A stretch of 64,000 nt of DNA from Mobula hypostoma (taxonomy: Eukaryota): NCBI RefSeq assembly GCF_963921235.1, contig NC_086118.1:26414001-26478000 (forward strand), written 5' to 3'. The notes below the pieces were generated by a model, which worked only from the letters and a program-made list of their open reading frames with translations, ran no database searches and was not told where the DNA came from. The position numbers were made by a program, and so were the translations under genes. Below are positions 37,372 to 50,705 of the stretch, one piece after another. How positions within the stretch are numbered: the stretch's first letter is position 1; each line of letters opens with the position of its first letter.

Positions 37372-39923
37372 TAGGGGTCGCCAGCACGTCGATCGCGATC
37401 GACTGGTCGATCTTTGAGACTTTCCCAGTCGATCCCGAAAAAAGTGAAAAATAAATACACAAATACTGTTGTAATGTGAGCGTTATAAAAATAAGTAATA
37501 CTAATTAGGATAATGGTAATATAGCAATATTTTCGCTACTGGAAACTATTTGTAAAGAGAGATTGATTCCGGGTTGCCGGGTTTTAGTTCCGTTCTTTCT
37601 GCCCAGTGCACATGTGTGTATAGCTCCCCTGCCACGCACCGCATTTTCAGCATAGCTTATGCTTCATCGAAGTGACCAATTAGATTAGAGTACAGACTGT
37701 CGCAAACATCAATATACGGCACTCACTCGTGATATCCTGCAAGGTAGCTAGCTAGCATGGTGGAGGCTCCACAAAAGAAGGCGAAAACATACAACTTCCA
37801 TCCAGAAAGGGAAGAGGAATTTCTATTTACCTTGGTGAAAGACAAGTGTGTATGTATGTTGTGCCACCAAACACAAGCACTGACTAAAAAAGGGAATCTG
37901 GAGTGGTATCACAACACCAACCACCAGAAATTTAAAGACACCTACCCCGCCAAAGAGCGCAATTCGTGCCAGGAAAGTTGAGGAGCTGAAATCGTGGTTG
38001 AAGGCCCAGCAATCCTTTTTCACAAAACATGCTGCTCAAAATAAGGCTGCTATTGAAGCATCATTTCGTGTGAGTCACCTTTTGGCTAAACACAAGAAGC
38101 CTTTTACAGATAGCAATTTATTCAAGGAAGCAATGGTCATTACCACAGAGACTGTTTTTAATTACTTTAAAAACAAAAGCGACATCACAACCGCAATACA
38201 TAATATACCGCTTGGCCCTGCAACAGTGACAAGGAGGGTAGAGTCACTGTCAGAGGACGTGGATCGACAAGTGTTAAAGGAAAAATATTTTTCACTGCAG
38301 TTCGATGAATCCCTGGATGTAATGCAAACAGCTCAGATTGTTGTATTTATCAGAATGGCTTTCCAGGATTTTACAACAAAGGAGGACTTCCTGATGCTTT
38401 TGCAATTAAAGGAGAGAACGAGAGGTGAGGATATTTACAACGAGTTTAAAAAGTATATCTGTGAAAATGACATCCCCATTCATAAACTGGTGGCAATTAC
38501 TACTGATGGGGCCCCAGCAATGCGCAGTGTGCGTGTTGGTTTTATAGCACTTGTGACCGTGATGACCCTGATTTTCCCAGCTTCCTAGATTGTCACTGTG
38601 TGATTCATCAGCAAGCCTTGGCTGGGAAGGTCGTGGACTTTTCTCATGTAATGACACTGGTGGTCAAACTGATAAACTTGATTCGAGCAAAAGCGCTTCA
38701 GCACCGCTTATTCAAGGCGTTATTGGATGAGCTCGATGCCGCTTACGGAGACGTACCTCTTCATTCTGATGTTCGGTGGTTGAGTGGCTGCAAAGTGCTG
38801 CAATGATTTGTTGACTTGCTGCCTGAGATAAAGACTTTTCTGTCGACAGGAAACTAGGAGCACAAGAAACTGTCAGATGATGCGTGGCTACTGGATTTAG
38901 GGTTTCAGACAGACATAACGGCTACATTAACACACTTAATAACGAGCTCATGGGAAAAGACCAACACCTAACCCACATGATAAGAGCAGTAAGTGCGTTT
39001 AAGGCCAAGCTTGGTGTTTGGATTTCAAATCTAAAGAATGGGAGGCTGACACACTTTCCCAACTTGGAAAAAATGTTACCAGCCATCACGGAAAAAAATG
39101 CTTTTCGCCCTGAGCAGTACTGTGCTCACTTAGACAAACTGGCAATAGAGTTTGATCGGTGTTTTGGGGAGTTAAACGCCATGAAAGATATTGCTGTATT
39201 TATTTCAAACCCATTTCTGCCGATCAATATAGAACAGATAGCAGCCAAACTCCAGCAAATATTTGGTGTGCCAAGTGATTCTGAAATGGAAATAATTGAT
39301 TTTCAAAATGACATCAAGCTTAAAGCAAGATCAGGGGATGGTGACTTTTGGGGGCTTGTCAGCAGGGAGAAGTTTCCTTATCTCACCACATGTGCACTAA
39401 AAGTCAGTGCCCACTTCGGGTCAACTTATCTGTGTGAAATTGCATTTTCACAGATGAAAATTATTAAATCTAAGTACAGGAGCTCTCTTACTGACAGACA
39501 CCTCACAGACTGTCTCAGACTGGCTGTCTATAGTTATGAGGCAAATTTCAGGGAATTAGCAGAAAATATTCAGCCCCAGTCATCACAGAGTGCAACAGTC
39601 AATTTTTATTCATTTATTCTTTGTTCTGAAATAAAACTAAATAATAAAACTTAGAAGTAAAGGTGTGAAGTATTGTAATATTCTTAAAGAAAGACAGCTA
39701 TGGCCTGTTTGATATGCCAGTTACAGTGTCTTCTTGTTTGAACTAATTTGAAAGTTTGACAAAAGTATTTCGTGAAATTCAAATACATTTAGCCCAAATA
39801 AAAGGCCTCAAATTGGAAGTACAATCTGAGCTGTGTTTTCTCTAAATGATTTAGTAGGTCGATCTTGCCTTTCACTAAGGTCGAGGTAGGTGATCTTGGG
39901 CTTAAAAAGGTTGGTGACCACTA
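37372..39923 (+). mobile_element. Full-length hAT (Charlie/GTF2IRD2-like) DNA transposon
   Basis: Imperfect TIRs TAGGGGTCGCCAGC and GTTGGTGACCACTA; ATCTAATC on both flanks (37364-37371, 39924-39931); subterminal GATC repeats. Confidence 0.9.
37757..39654 (+). pseudogene. hAT transposase, frameshifted and with stops
   Basis: CVCMLC..H...H zinc finger, FSLQFDES, ITTDGAPAM, HCVIHQQAL, VRWLS and FGSTYLCEIAFSQMK spread over four track ORFs. Confidence 0.9.
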
Positions 39924-40554
39924 ATCTAATCTAATCTAAAAGTACTGAATAAAGTGACCACTAAGTCACTTTAGAATAGTTGAGATTATATAATTTGTAT
40001 TTTCTTCCAGATGTATTGTATACTTTTGCACATGAATAATAGGTAATCTTATGTCTGATAAACAGTACATTAGATAATGCCACTGACACCCAGACAGGTC
40101 TAATGCCTGGAGAGTTCAGTAACAATTTAATTGGTGGATATTTATGTATGGTGTTCAACCAGTGGAAGGGAGAGAAGCATCCTGATCATTTGGTATCTAA
40201 AATAATATAGCACATTTCTACATTTGAATAAAACATCTCGACAGTGAACGATCGGCATCATAAAAAGAGAAAGGATGGAATTAATGAAAAGATGAAGTCA
40301 GCAGAACATGTTGGATTAGAATGTGCAAAATTTGGCACCTTCTGAAAAAGCAGATAAAAGAGTTCAAAGTTTGTTCACATTATAATGTTCATTTGGATTC
40401 TGATTTAAGTTGCCCTTCTCATTTGTTAGTAACCAAATGCCCGCATGTTTAACAAATTTATATTAAATTATTGATGAAGTAATAAATCACTTGATGACTC
40501 ATTTGATTCATATAACTGCTGAGCTGAACAAATGACACTAAGTCATTTATCAGT

Positions 40555-41100
40555 CATATGCCCAGCACCACGCACCCAAAATTAAACTCTATTCTGAGTT
40601 CAGTCATAGGAAGCAACTGCCGGGTGGCAGAGGATAAATTTCAAGGATGTGCTCATGGCCTCTGAAGAAATCCATATTCCCAATGACTTCCAGGAAGTTC
40701 TGGCCCATTGTCTCACAAAACACACAACAGTCCCATTTAAGTGCCAAACTATTCTCTTTCAAATGCTCATGAGCTCCCCTCAATCTTCCGGCTTCCCCAT
40801 CTGGATGAGGGGCAACTCACAGTAGCTAATTAACCTACCATCACATCATCGGGCCGTGGTGGAAACTGGAACATCTAGAGGAAATCCATGCACTTGGAAG
40901 AGAGCAGTAAAACTCCACATTGCAGCAGAGGTCAGCATCAAACCCAGGTCACTGAAGGTGTGAGGCAGTAGGTCAAGTTGATAACCACTGTATGTTCTAA
41001 GAAGAATCTGCAGTTCCCACAGTGACCTCAATACCCACCTCAGAACCCTCAACACCAGTCTACAGCACCTGACTGCTGAAAATGTATGGATATGGATGAT
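40555..41100 (+). mobile_element. Old RTE/BovB-like 3' fragment with a minus-strand V-SINE-like insertion (about 40760-40990)
   Basis: PKIKLYSEFSHRK..GG..FKDVL.ASL-like residues; the insert has ggaaactggaacatctagaggaaatccatgca and aaacccaggtcactg (B-box-like). Confidence 0.5.
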
Positions 41101-41276
41101 GACGATTTTATTCCATTCCAGTTCTCCCTAGGTTATGTACTGATGATTGTCCAGGAATGTATTTTTAGAGTGAATACTGTAATATAAGAAACAGCATCCA
41201 AAGAATTACAAGCTGACAACAAAGCATGAAGGCAAGTGAGGGAGGAAGCATGGCACTGCTCAATTCAATGCTACAT

Positions 41277-41590
41277 GAGACCATAGGACCATAAAATAAA
41301 GGAGCAGAATTAGGCCTTTCTCCCCATCAATTCATCTCCACCATTCCATCATAGCTGAGTTATTATCCCTCTTAACCCTATTTTCCTGCCTCCCCCCCCC
41401 CCCCGCTGTACTCTTTGACACCCTTCCTAATCAAGAACCCATCGACCTCCAGTTTAAATATACCCCCAATGACTTGGTCTCTGCTCCTGTTTGTGGCAAT
41501 GGATTCCACAGATTCACCACCCACTGGCTAAAGAACTTCCTCCTCAACTCTGTTCTCAATGGATGGCCCTCTATATTGAGGCTGAGCCTA
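41277..41590 (-). mobile_element. CR1 3' end
   Basis: Homologous to 12110-12410; (ACCATAG/A) tail. Confidence 0.85.
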
Positions 41591-44559
41591 TTCCGTAGCT
41601 CGGATGAGCCGTGAGTGTCACGTGAGACAACAGTCCATATTTTCCATATTACTATTGGGTACTCCTTGACAACTGGGTTTTAAAAGCACTTTCTAATTCC
41701 CATCCCTCTCATCCTTTAAACCCATCGCTTCTTCAGATATTGATCTCATCCTCTGACCCGCGAAAAACTGAATCACTCTCACACCCATGCCACACTAAAC
41801 CTATGTCCCCACTGATCTCCACAGCTAAAACCACATCATCTGGGTCCTGAAAAAACTTTTGATCATCTTTGAGGCAAACCACAGTTTTATTGAAAGGAAC
41901 AGGGATAAACCAACAAAATCATTAAATAAGAGCATTATTTACATTCTACATATCTGTCAATAAAATTTATTCATATAAAACTAAATCTTTGTGACATAAA
42001 GCTAATGCTATATTTTTCATTTTTACATAACCTGACAGAAGTCTCAGAATTTGGAATTCTTACAAGCATGGTGCATTGCACTTCTTGCTTGCTAGAAATT
42101 TTGTGTCCTCAGTCCTGCATTAAACAGTGTGGTTCATCTGCTGTTGTTTAGCCCATTATAAAGTTGTGTAAGAATTTCTAGGCTGTAGAATCTTAAGATC
42201 AAAATTTAAAGTTAAATCCATATAGGTTAAAGACCTAATCCTACCTGCACATAAAAGGTCAAAACTATACAAATGATTCAATACAAGTTCACAGGGATGA
42301 TAGTCTCATGAGGAAAAAGTGACACGTACAAAAAAAGACTTGTGAAAATAGGCTATTTTGTCAGAACAGGTTATCAGGGTGGTTATATCAAAGTTTATAA
42401 AATTATGAATAGAGTACTTTTTTTTGTCACCAAATCTGAACTTATGTATTTAGAACCGAGAGAAGAAGAAACATTTTCCCCATAAAAACCCATGCTAGAT
42501 GGAGGCACACATCACTAAGTTAGTGGCTGAAGCAGAAATATTTAAGTATCGGTTGGAAAAGTGACTGAAAGAAAGGCGGGGGAAGTAGGATAAAGGGATA
42601 ATGGAACAGGTCAGGCAGAAAAGATTAGGATGATTCACGTGAGGATAATGCCAACACTGACCAGTTAGGATGACTAGACTGTTACCACATCTGTGTAATT
42701 CTATGTAAAAACAAATATTACATAAATGCTGCCTCTTTCGGATGTTGCTAGAATAGCCATGAGAAAAACTATAATTCCTTATTAAAAAGGAATCTCATAT
42801 ATTAAATTTTGAAAAAATGCAAAAATCTTTATTAAGTTTCCCTGTATGAACTTGCCAGACTGTTTCAGATGGTTGGTTTCTTAACGTTTTAAAGAAAGGT
42901 GCAGGGCACTACAACACTATAATTTCATTTATTTAAAAAAATCTGCCTCAGATAACTGGTTTGGCATGCTGAGTTATCATCATAAAAATGTTGTACTACA
43001 ATGCAATTTGTAGTTTTAAGTCACAGACAAGCTGTGAAAGTTGCAATGTCTGCTAAAGCAAATAAAATCAGGTTCAAGGAATTGCTTTTCAGAACCAATC
43101 TATTGCTAATCAACTTTGAAGTATGTTCATTTGCACTGCCTATCAAGCAAAACATTTTTAGTAAGCTCTGGTAATGGAGCTGCTGTCCAAATCTATCTTA
43201 AACATGTAGATGTTATTGAAATAAATTCAGAAGTAAAACCGAATTGAACCAAATAGTCTCTCTACAATTGGAAGGGTGGTAGCAACTACTTCAGTATATG
43301 TTGTTTTAAAATCCACTCAACGATGAGGGAGATAAAGAAACCGGACTCTAAAATTAACAACAGCCGTTTAAGACTGCTCATCCTTGACTGACAACATTTT
43401 AAATTACATATTGAAGTGTTTTATAAGCTTGCTCATTACTATCTGCAGGTGATAATCCATTATCGTGGGAAAGGAATGAAATATTCTCAGGTAGTCAAGT
43501 TCTTTTATGAGAACCAGTATGTGGATCAATCTGTTTTGTGAACTAATGCAGAAAGACTGGAACTACTGGTATTCAGAACAAGAAGTCCATGTTTAACAAT
43601 CTCTCTTTGTGTCTAATACCCGGAGATAAGAATGCTAAAAATAATACGACATGCTGTACAAATATACCCTGTTGAGTTTACTTCTCCAAGCAGTTTCCCT
43701 TGGGGGAAGGGGGGGGGGGTCAATGGATAAAGTACTATAATTTGATAAAAACTGACCCTGCATTTGTTTGCATTGCCAGAAATGCAGGTCAATCATTCAG
43801 CCATTTGCCAGCAGCAGCCCACAGAACAACTCCCATTGCTAACCATACATAAGTAAGATCTGGCTCAACAGGCTTGGGATAAAACCGGCAACAAACAGCT
43901 TGTACGTTGGAGGAGCTTCAGACCAGTAAATACATTCTTCAATTGTCAAGATCTCCATGAAAAGATTTTTCTCATTCATAACATATTAAAATTTCAGCGA
44001 CTCTGGTAAACGCTGTTCAGTTTCACAAACAGGGCAGCAAAGCTGAGTGTTAGAACAGAGAATGTTTGTCCTGATGACATTCTTTGCACATTCCAAACAG
44101 ATGATGCACTTTATGCAGATAACATAGATAGTATAACTTCGACCTCTACATTGTCCCAGTGTGACTGAGGATTTTCATTTTCCTCTTCTAGATCTTGTTC
44201 ATTGCTTCCATTGTTTTGTGTTTGACCCTATTAAGCTCCCAGCCTACGACAAGTGGGATGGAAAAAGAGCCGCAGACTTCTCCACAACCATGGTTAATTT
44301 TGTCTATGCCTTGGTTTCCAAAAGTGCTGCCAGCAGGATGGATTCAAAACAGATGGCTGTTCTGATAGAGCTGTTCTATCCACCGTTCCCCAAGCACCAG
44401 CCAGCACTCACAGATGTGGCACCCCCCTTCAAGATTTCTACTAAACTAAAAATTATCACACTTGACCAACTTAGAGAAAAGAATTCTTAATTTATAAGCC
44501 AGATAACACAGAACCTCTTTGCATTTAACAACCATTTCCATTTCTATCTGCGAAAATAA

Positions 44560-44695
44560 ATAAAACCAAAACTGCATCTGCTGGAAACCTGAACAAAAAG
44601 TGGAAAATGCTGGAAAATCTCAGCAAAACAGGCATCATCTGTAAGAGAGAGAGAGCTCTTCGATGCTTCAGGTCTGTGATTTTTCATCAGAATCA
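44560..44695 (-). mobile_element. Old PLE terminal repeat with degenerate hammerhead
   Basis: Minus strand CTGATGA AAAATCACAGACCT GAAG CATC, followed by cagatgatgcctg..ctgagattttccagcatttt. Confidence 0.6.
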
Positions 44696-45659
44696 ACTCA
44701 TTAATAGTAACAGTTTATAATGTGCACTCCCAGTAGACAAGGTTTCAAGCAGGCAGCATAGATATGAAAAGGATCTTTTTTTAAACCACTTAGTGCTTTG
44801 AGAAGAGGTTTTAATATGTTGAAGCTTTACAAATTGAACTTCAACACCTGGAAATAAAAAAGCTCAAGAATGCAGGAGCTCGCAGTTGATCAACTCTTAT
44901 AAAGAGACTTCAACCTGAAACATTTCACAAGTGCTGCCTGAGCCTCTGAGTGTTTCCAACATTTTGTTTTCACTCTGCCGTATTTTGACTACCATTTCAT
45001 ATGGGTGAAATGAAGAGGTTTTTCCACATAAATGTAGCAAACTTCTGATCTGAAATAAGGGAGTAGAAGCAGATTCAATGGTAAATGTAAAGGTAACTGA
45101 ATGCTTTAAGACATAAGTTTCTTTGGGAAGATGTGGCAAATGGAACAGATTAGCAAATTTCTTTTAAAAAGACATTTTGAACCTGTGTCCACTCCCCCCC
45201 CCCCTTGTTTTAGGAAAATTAGGAATGGGGCCATTCGCAAAAAAAAAACTTGATACTGTGGCATACAATTGTGAAGTTTCTAACTGCCTCTTAAAGTTGT
45301 TTGGACTTTTGAAAACATTCTTTTCTGCTGCCTATTGTTGTAAAAATCCCTGTACAAACAGGAATTGTGTAAGAAAGCCCTGAGGCATTATGGGTGCTGA
45401 CCAGCTATGTTTATAATCCTGAAGAATTTCTTTAAAATAGCCCCAGGCCTCTCCAAATAGCTCATACACTTCCATTTCCTGTGTCTGACAGATTGTACAC
45501 ACTATGCCTAACCATCCCACTGTTTGAAAGTGAATCAGAATCAGAACTATTATTGCTGACATTGTGTATTTTGTGAAAGTTGTTGGTTTGCAGCAGCTCT
45601 ACAGTACAGGGCCTAAAAATTAGTGTAAGTTTAAAAAAATAACTGGGTCAAAAGAGCAG

Positions 45660-46625
45660 GCTGACGAGAGCTGGACTTTGCACATCCATACTCAAGTCGT
45701 TCTACAGATACACAGTAGAATGCATCTTAACAAGTTGCATCACTGTTTGATGGAAACTTCACTGCAGCAGATAAAAAGGTTCTACAACGAGTAGTCAAAA
45801 CTGCCCAACGCATCACCTGCACCAGCCTACCTGACATCAAAGATATATATGCATACAGAAAGGTGCCGGAAAAGGCCAGGAACGTCATGAACATCCTACT
45901 CATGGACTGTTTGTCCCACTCCTATCAGAGAGGAAGCTACATAGCACCCACGCCAGTACCACCAGACTCGAAAACAGTTACTGGGGAAAGGAGCTAATCA
46001 GCCCTACTGCTTGCGATAAGCAGTAAGGATGATCAACTCCTCCACCCACTAACTCCATGACTACTTTATTATTCCCATCAGTCACCTTATTAACATTCAA
46101 TTCATCTATGCAAGTGTTGGTTATCCATCGCTTCCAACGACGCATTTGTCTGTGCATCAGCAGCGCAAAGGAAAATCTGTGCGGGAGGAGTCTTATCGTG
46201 AAAAGGCAGTTGCATTGGGACAATTCTACTCTCTCGGCCTCAAAAATCTTTGTCCAATGGTACGAAAAATCGTCACAACTGGAGATTTCCTTGGCTGCAG
46301 TGGATAGCCATGATGTCTTCTGTGCCTTGACATGTTCTTGGCTCTCCACGAAACATGGCAGCACAGCCTTCATGCCTGTTGGATCTTGTAGTTCATCTCA
46401 TCTGCCCAGTCCACCAGAGACAGCTTCGCATGCCGGGGCGGACATGTATATAAGCTATCTTATGTATAGTATATATATTTATGATGCATTCTTTTAAAAT
46501 CATTATTATTGTGTTCTTTATCTTTTTGTGTTTTTCTTGTGATGCATCGGATTGGAGTAGCAATCACAGTATTTCATTCTCCTTACACTTGTGTACAGGA
46601 AGTGACATTAAATAAGCTTGAATCT
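45660..46625 (+). mobile_element. Rex1/Babar 3' fragment with an unidentified insert (about 46100-46450)
   Basis: ILKSFYRYTVECILTSCIT..LQRVVKTAQRIT and LFVPLLS..TTRLENSY; the 3' UTR resumes after about 46450. Confidence 0.7.
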
Positions 46626-47416
46626 CGATTTTTGAAGGACGAGGTAGTGTTCATGGGTTTATAGACCATTCATAAATCTGATGGTGGTGGGGAAGAAGCT
46701 GCTTTAAAAATGTTGAGTATGGGTGTTCAGATTCCTTGGGTTCCATTCCTGAGAATCATTTGTAATCTGAGCAACTAGAAGTCAGAAACATAATTACCCA
46801 GCAATAGATAAAAATAAAAGCAGAGGCCAATGAAGGGTAACGTGTAAACCAAGGCGCATCACTCAGCCATTCAGAATTCTCTTCAAGATGCAAGGATTTT
46901 GCCTTGCACAGCAGGAAAAGTCTACAGACTCACAATAGCCAACAAATCTATCTCGCCAGTCTCCCAGACACTTGTTCCTAATGTGCAGTCTGTAAAAAAA
47001 GTCAGGCATTCTCAACCTGGGGGAGGACCTGGATGTGTTTCTCTCACAAATATGAAATTTAATCAGCACAAGTTTATATTGGATAAAGTAACAGGCAGAT
47101 TGATACTTGGCCCCAGGTAAGCTCAATGTTCTATTGCATGCAAAGATCGATAATTCATGTGTAGCAGAGTAGATCTTATTTGAGCAAATGTGAACATAAA
47201 TTTTTTTCTCTCTGTGATCTACCACCACTATAGAGAAAGAGAGATGGTGGAGAAATTATTATGGGTATGGGATTGGGTGGGTTATAATGAACGCAGAGGT
47301 CTCCATATATGCAGGGAGGAACTGAAACGAAAATCCAGAAACTTGTAAGGGCCTCACAAGGTATTCCATCCAGAGGCATTCAAAAATTTAAAACAACAAT
47401 CTACAATATGCTCACG

Positions 47417-47627
47417 AACACAAGAAAATCTGCAGATGCTGGAAATCCAAAGCAACTCAAACAAAGTGCTAGACGAACTCTGCAGGCCAGGCAGTATCTA
47501 TGGAAAAGAGTAAACAGTCAACGTTTTGGGCCAAGACCAGGTCTCGGCCTGAAACATTGACTGCTTTCTCTTTTCCATAGGTGCTACCCAGCCTGCTGAG
47601 TTCTGCCAGCATCTTGTGTGTGTTGCT
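47417..47627. mobile_element. Palindromic PLE terminal-repeat insertion
   Basis: 88-nt arms at 47451-47538 and 47540-47627 around A47539. The right arm GGTCTCGGCCTGAAAC matches 5846-5861. Confidence 0.85.
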
Positions 47628-48667
47628 CTATCATTTACTGCCGCTTTTAAAAACAGTACATAATTCAATAACATTTCAAAGCTTCAATATATTCTCTCTG
47701 TAACTCCTGAGCCACGGATTCTGAGGGGAATTTGGCACAGGATCAACTGTCCTTTTATTGAAGCCTTTTGGCTGAGTTTGATGATACCAACGTCAACTTG
47801 CTTTTAATATGGCGAAATGCCCCAAGGCTCTTCACGGGAGTGTTTTCTGATGAAAGTTTACAGTCAACATACATGGAAAGTTGTGAACAGATGACCAATA
47901 GCATGTCATAGAACTCTTCTTAATGAGCAGCTACTGATGAGGAAGCAAAGATTAGGGGAGGAAATTCCCAGTATTTGTTTTTACTGTTACTTCTTCCCAA
48001 ATTATTAACAATTTTGGTCATTGGAAAAGGCTCATTCTTTACTCATCTGACACTGTTGCAACTTAATTTAACATTTGAACTCGTGAACAAAAGTAACTGG
48101 ATGATTGAAGCAGGACTGCAAGGCACAGAAGTGCCTCGGTCACAAGACGTGCAGCCCAACATCCACTCAAAAATATCTTAATAGCATTCACTTTCATTCT
48201 TAAAATTACTTTATGTTCTCATCCACACAGTAATTACCACACTTCACAATACAAAGGAAACATCTTAACCTAGAAACCAGACCCATCTATGCACATTTTT
48301 CATGTCCGGATCGTGCCTAATAGCAATTTTTACACAGTTCAAAATTGTGCTAGTAATCACTTCTGCATGAAATTGTCCCCAGTGGGAAATTGTCCAGGCA
48401 TGGCTATGCAAAACTCACCTGAGCACGTCTTACATTTTCCTACCATCGGTCATGCACCCAATAACTCACAAGTCGAGCATCGTATATTTCAACTATTGCC
48501 AGTACAAAACTAGAACTTGTGCATACAAACGACAGCCTTCATTCAACAATCACAAAACAACCAGAGGCACATTTCACTGAGACTTCCAACGAAATGTAAA
48601 TTAAAGGATCTGCAGTTGATTCTCGCACCCTGAATCACACACCTTCTCTTTCAATGCTCAGAATATT

Positions 48668-50046
48668 ACTTTATACTTTATTGTCGCCAAACAATTGGTA
48701 CTAGAACATACAATCATCACAGCGATATTTGATTCTGCGCTTCACATGCCCTGGATTACAAATATTAAATATTAAAAATATCAAAAATAGTTAAAATTAG
48801 TAAATATTAAAAATTTAAATTATAAATCATAAAGAGAAAATAGAAAAGGGAAAGTAAGGCAGTGCATGAAAGAACCGAGAGGCAGGTCCGGATATTTGGA
48901 GGGTATGGCCCAGATCCGGGTCAGGATCCGTTCAGCAGTCTTATCACAGTTGGAAAGAAGCTGTTCCCAAATCTGGCCGTATGAGTCTTCAAGCTCCTGA
49001 GCCTTCTCCCGGAGGGAAGAGGGACGAAAAGTGTGTTGGCTGGGTGGGTCGTGTCCTTGATTATTCTGGCAGCACTGCTCCGACAGCGTGCGGTGTAAAG
49101 TGAGTCCAAGGACGGAAGATTGGTTTGTGTGATGTGCTGTGCTGTGTTCACGATCTTCTGCAGCTTCTTCCGATCTTGGACAGGACAACTTCCATACCAG
49201 GTTGTGATGCACACTAGAAGAATGCTTTCTATGGTGCATCTATAAAATTATTGAGGGTTTTCGGGGACAGGCCAAATTTCTTTAGCTTTCTCAGGAAGTA
49301 AAGATGCTGGTGGGTCTTCTTGGCAGTGGACTCTGCTTGGTTGGACCAAGTCAGGTCATGTGTGATATTGACCCCAAGGAACTTAAAGCTTTTGACCTGT
49401 TCCACTTGCGCACCACCGATGTAAATTGGGTCGTGTGGTCCGCTATTCCTTCTGAAGTCAACAACCAATTCCTTCGTCTTGCTGACGTTGAGGGATAGGT
49501 TATTGTCTTTGCACCATGCCACCAGGTTCTTAATTTCCTCTCTGTACTCAAACTCATCATTACCTGAGATACGGCCCACAATTGTGGTGTCATCAGTAAA
49601 CTTATACATTGAGTTCGATGGAAACTTGGCTACACAATCATGGGTGTACCGTGAGTAAAGCAGGGGGCTGAGTACACAGTCTAGTGGGGCACTGGTGCTC
49701 AGAGCGATTGTAGAGGAGAGTTTGTCCCCTATTTTTACAGCCTGGGTCCTGTCTGTGAGGAAGTTGAAGATCCAGCTGCAGATCTGAGTGCTAAGGCCCA
49801 GGTTCCAGAGCTTAGGATTCAGTTTATTTGGAATGATGGTATTAAAGGCAGAGCTGTAGTCAATGAAAAGGAGCCTTACGTATGCGTCTTTATTCTCCAG
49901 GTGTTCTAAGGAGGAATGTAGGGCCAGAGAGATGGCATCTGCCATTGACCTGTTGCTCCGGTAGGCGAATTGCAAAGCGGCGAGGTTGACCGGTAGGCTG
50001 TGGTTGATGTGTGCCATAACCAATCGCTCGAAGCACTTCATAGCAA
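48668..50046 (-). mobile_element. Rex1/Babar LINE, 5'-truncated, young
   Basis: [42 protein letters not shown], frameshift near 49245, then TARFGNSFFPTVIRLLN. AATAAA plus (GTATAAA) tail. Confidence 0.93.
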
Positions 50047-50424
50047 TACTAACATTATAATCCTGCATCTTGGCTGTTCCCTTGGGTTGGCTCTCATTAA
50101 TTTTCCCACACAGAATTGAAACTCCAAATAAAACTTTACTGCTCACAGCCAAATGTGACTTGAGACATAAAGTTCTTGTCTGCCAAAACTGATCACTATT
50201 CCAACCTTCCAAGCTCATGTAGGATTGGATATACAACCCCAGGCTTCCTTGCTGAAAAGGTCATCTCCAGCACCAAAAAGAGTGAGGGGCCCTTGAACTT
50301 CTTTGCTACTTCCCGTTGTTCGCCTGACCAAATTTGCACCAAAGTTCTTCTTGCTTCTTCTCTAAACATGGGACCAATCACCTGCTGCTGTCCTGCACAA
50401 GAGCACAAGAATTTGCAGAGAGCT

Positions 50425-50705
50425 GGGTCACCATGGTAGCATAGCACTTAGTGCAATGCTATTATAGCTCAGGGCATTGGAGTTGGAGTTCAATTCCAAT
50501 ACCCTCTGTAAGGAGTTTGTACGTTCTCTCCATGATATGCGTGGGTTCCCTCCGGATGGTCCAGGTTCCTCCCACGTTCCAAAGACGGACTGATAAGTAG
50601 GTTAACTGGCCATTGTAAATTGTCCTGCGGTTAGGCTAGGGCTGTGGCTCAATGGGCCAGCCGGGCCTGTTCAGTACCGTATTTCTAAATAAATAAGAAA
50701 TAAAT
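50425..50705 (+). mobile_element. tRNA-derived V-SINE-like element
   Basis: A-box-like ggtagcatagc, B-box-like gagttcaattcc, V-domain-like gcgtgggttccctccgg..ttcctccca..ccaaagac, (TAAA)n tail. Confidence 0.7.

Larger units (their letters stand above)
36202..39965 (+). mobile_element. Non-autonomous Tc1-like element (36202-36728 plus right end about 39940-39965), split by two nested insertions
   Basis: Left end CAGTGGCCACTTTAT, then MGKKCDLSDFDCGMIVGARQNGLSISETADLLGFSH (Tc1 HTH). The right end AATAAAGTGACCACT appears only after the inserts. Sister copy at 62409-62968. Confidence 0.75.

Noticed and set aside
37757..39654. Domesticated GTF2IRD2/ZBED-like host gene
   Set aside because: It has several frameshifts and stops, with TIRs and flanking duplication still present.
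44161..44490. 109-aa ORF in non-repeat sequence
   Set aside because: It has a GTG start, no recognisable motif and a length compatible with chance.
48412..48515. Donor-like CAG|GTGAGT on the minus strand
   Set aside because: There is an in-frame TAG shortly upstream for a phase 0 end, and no USP-like peptide.
50047..50236. N-terminal part of the 335-aa minus ORF as a novel domain fused to RT
   Set aside because: Rex1 similarity stops near 50046; the extension is flanking DNA that happens to be open.
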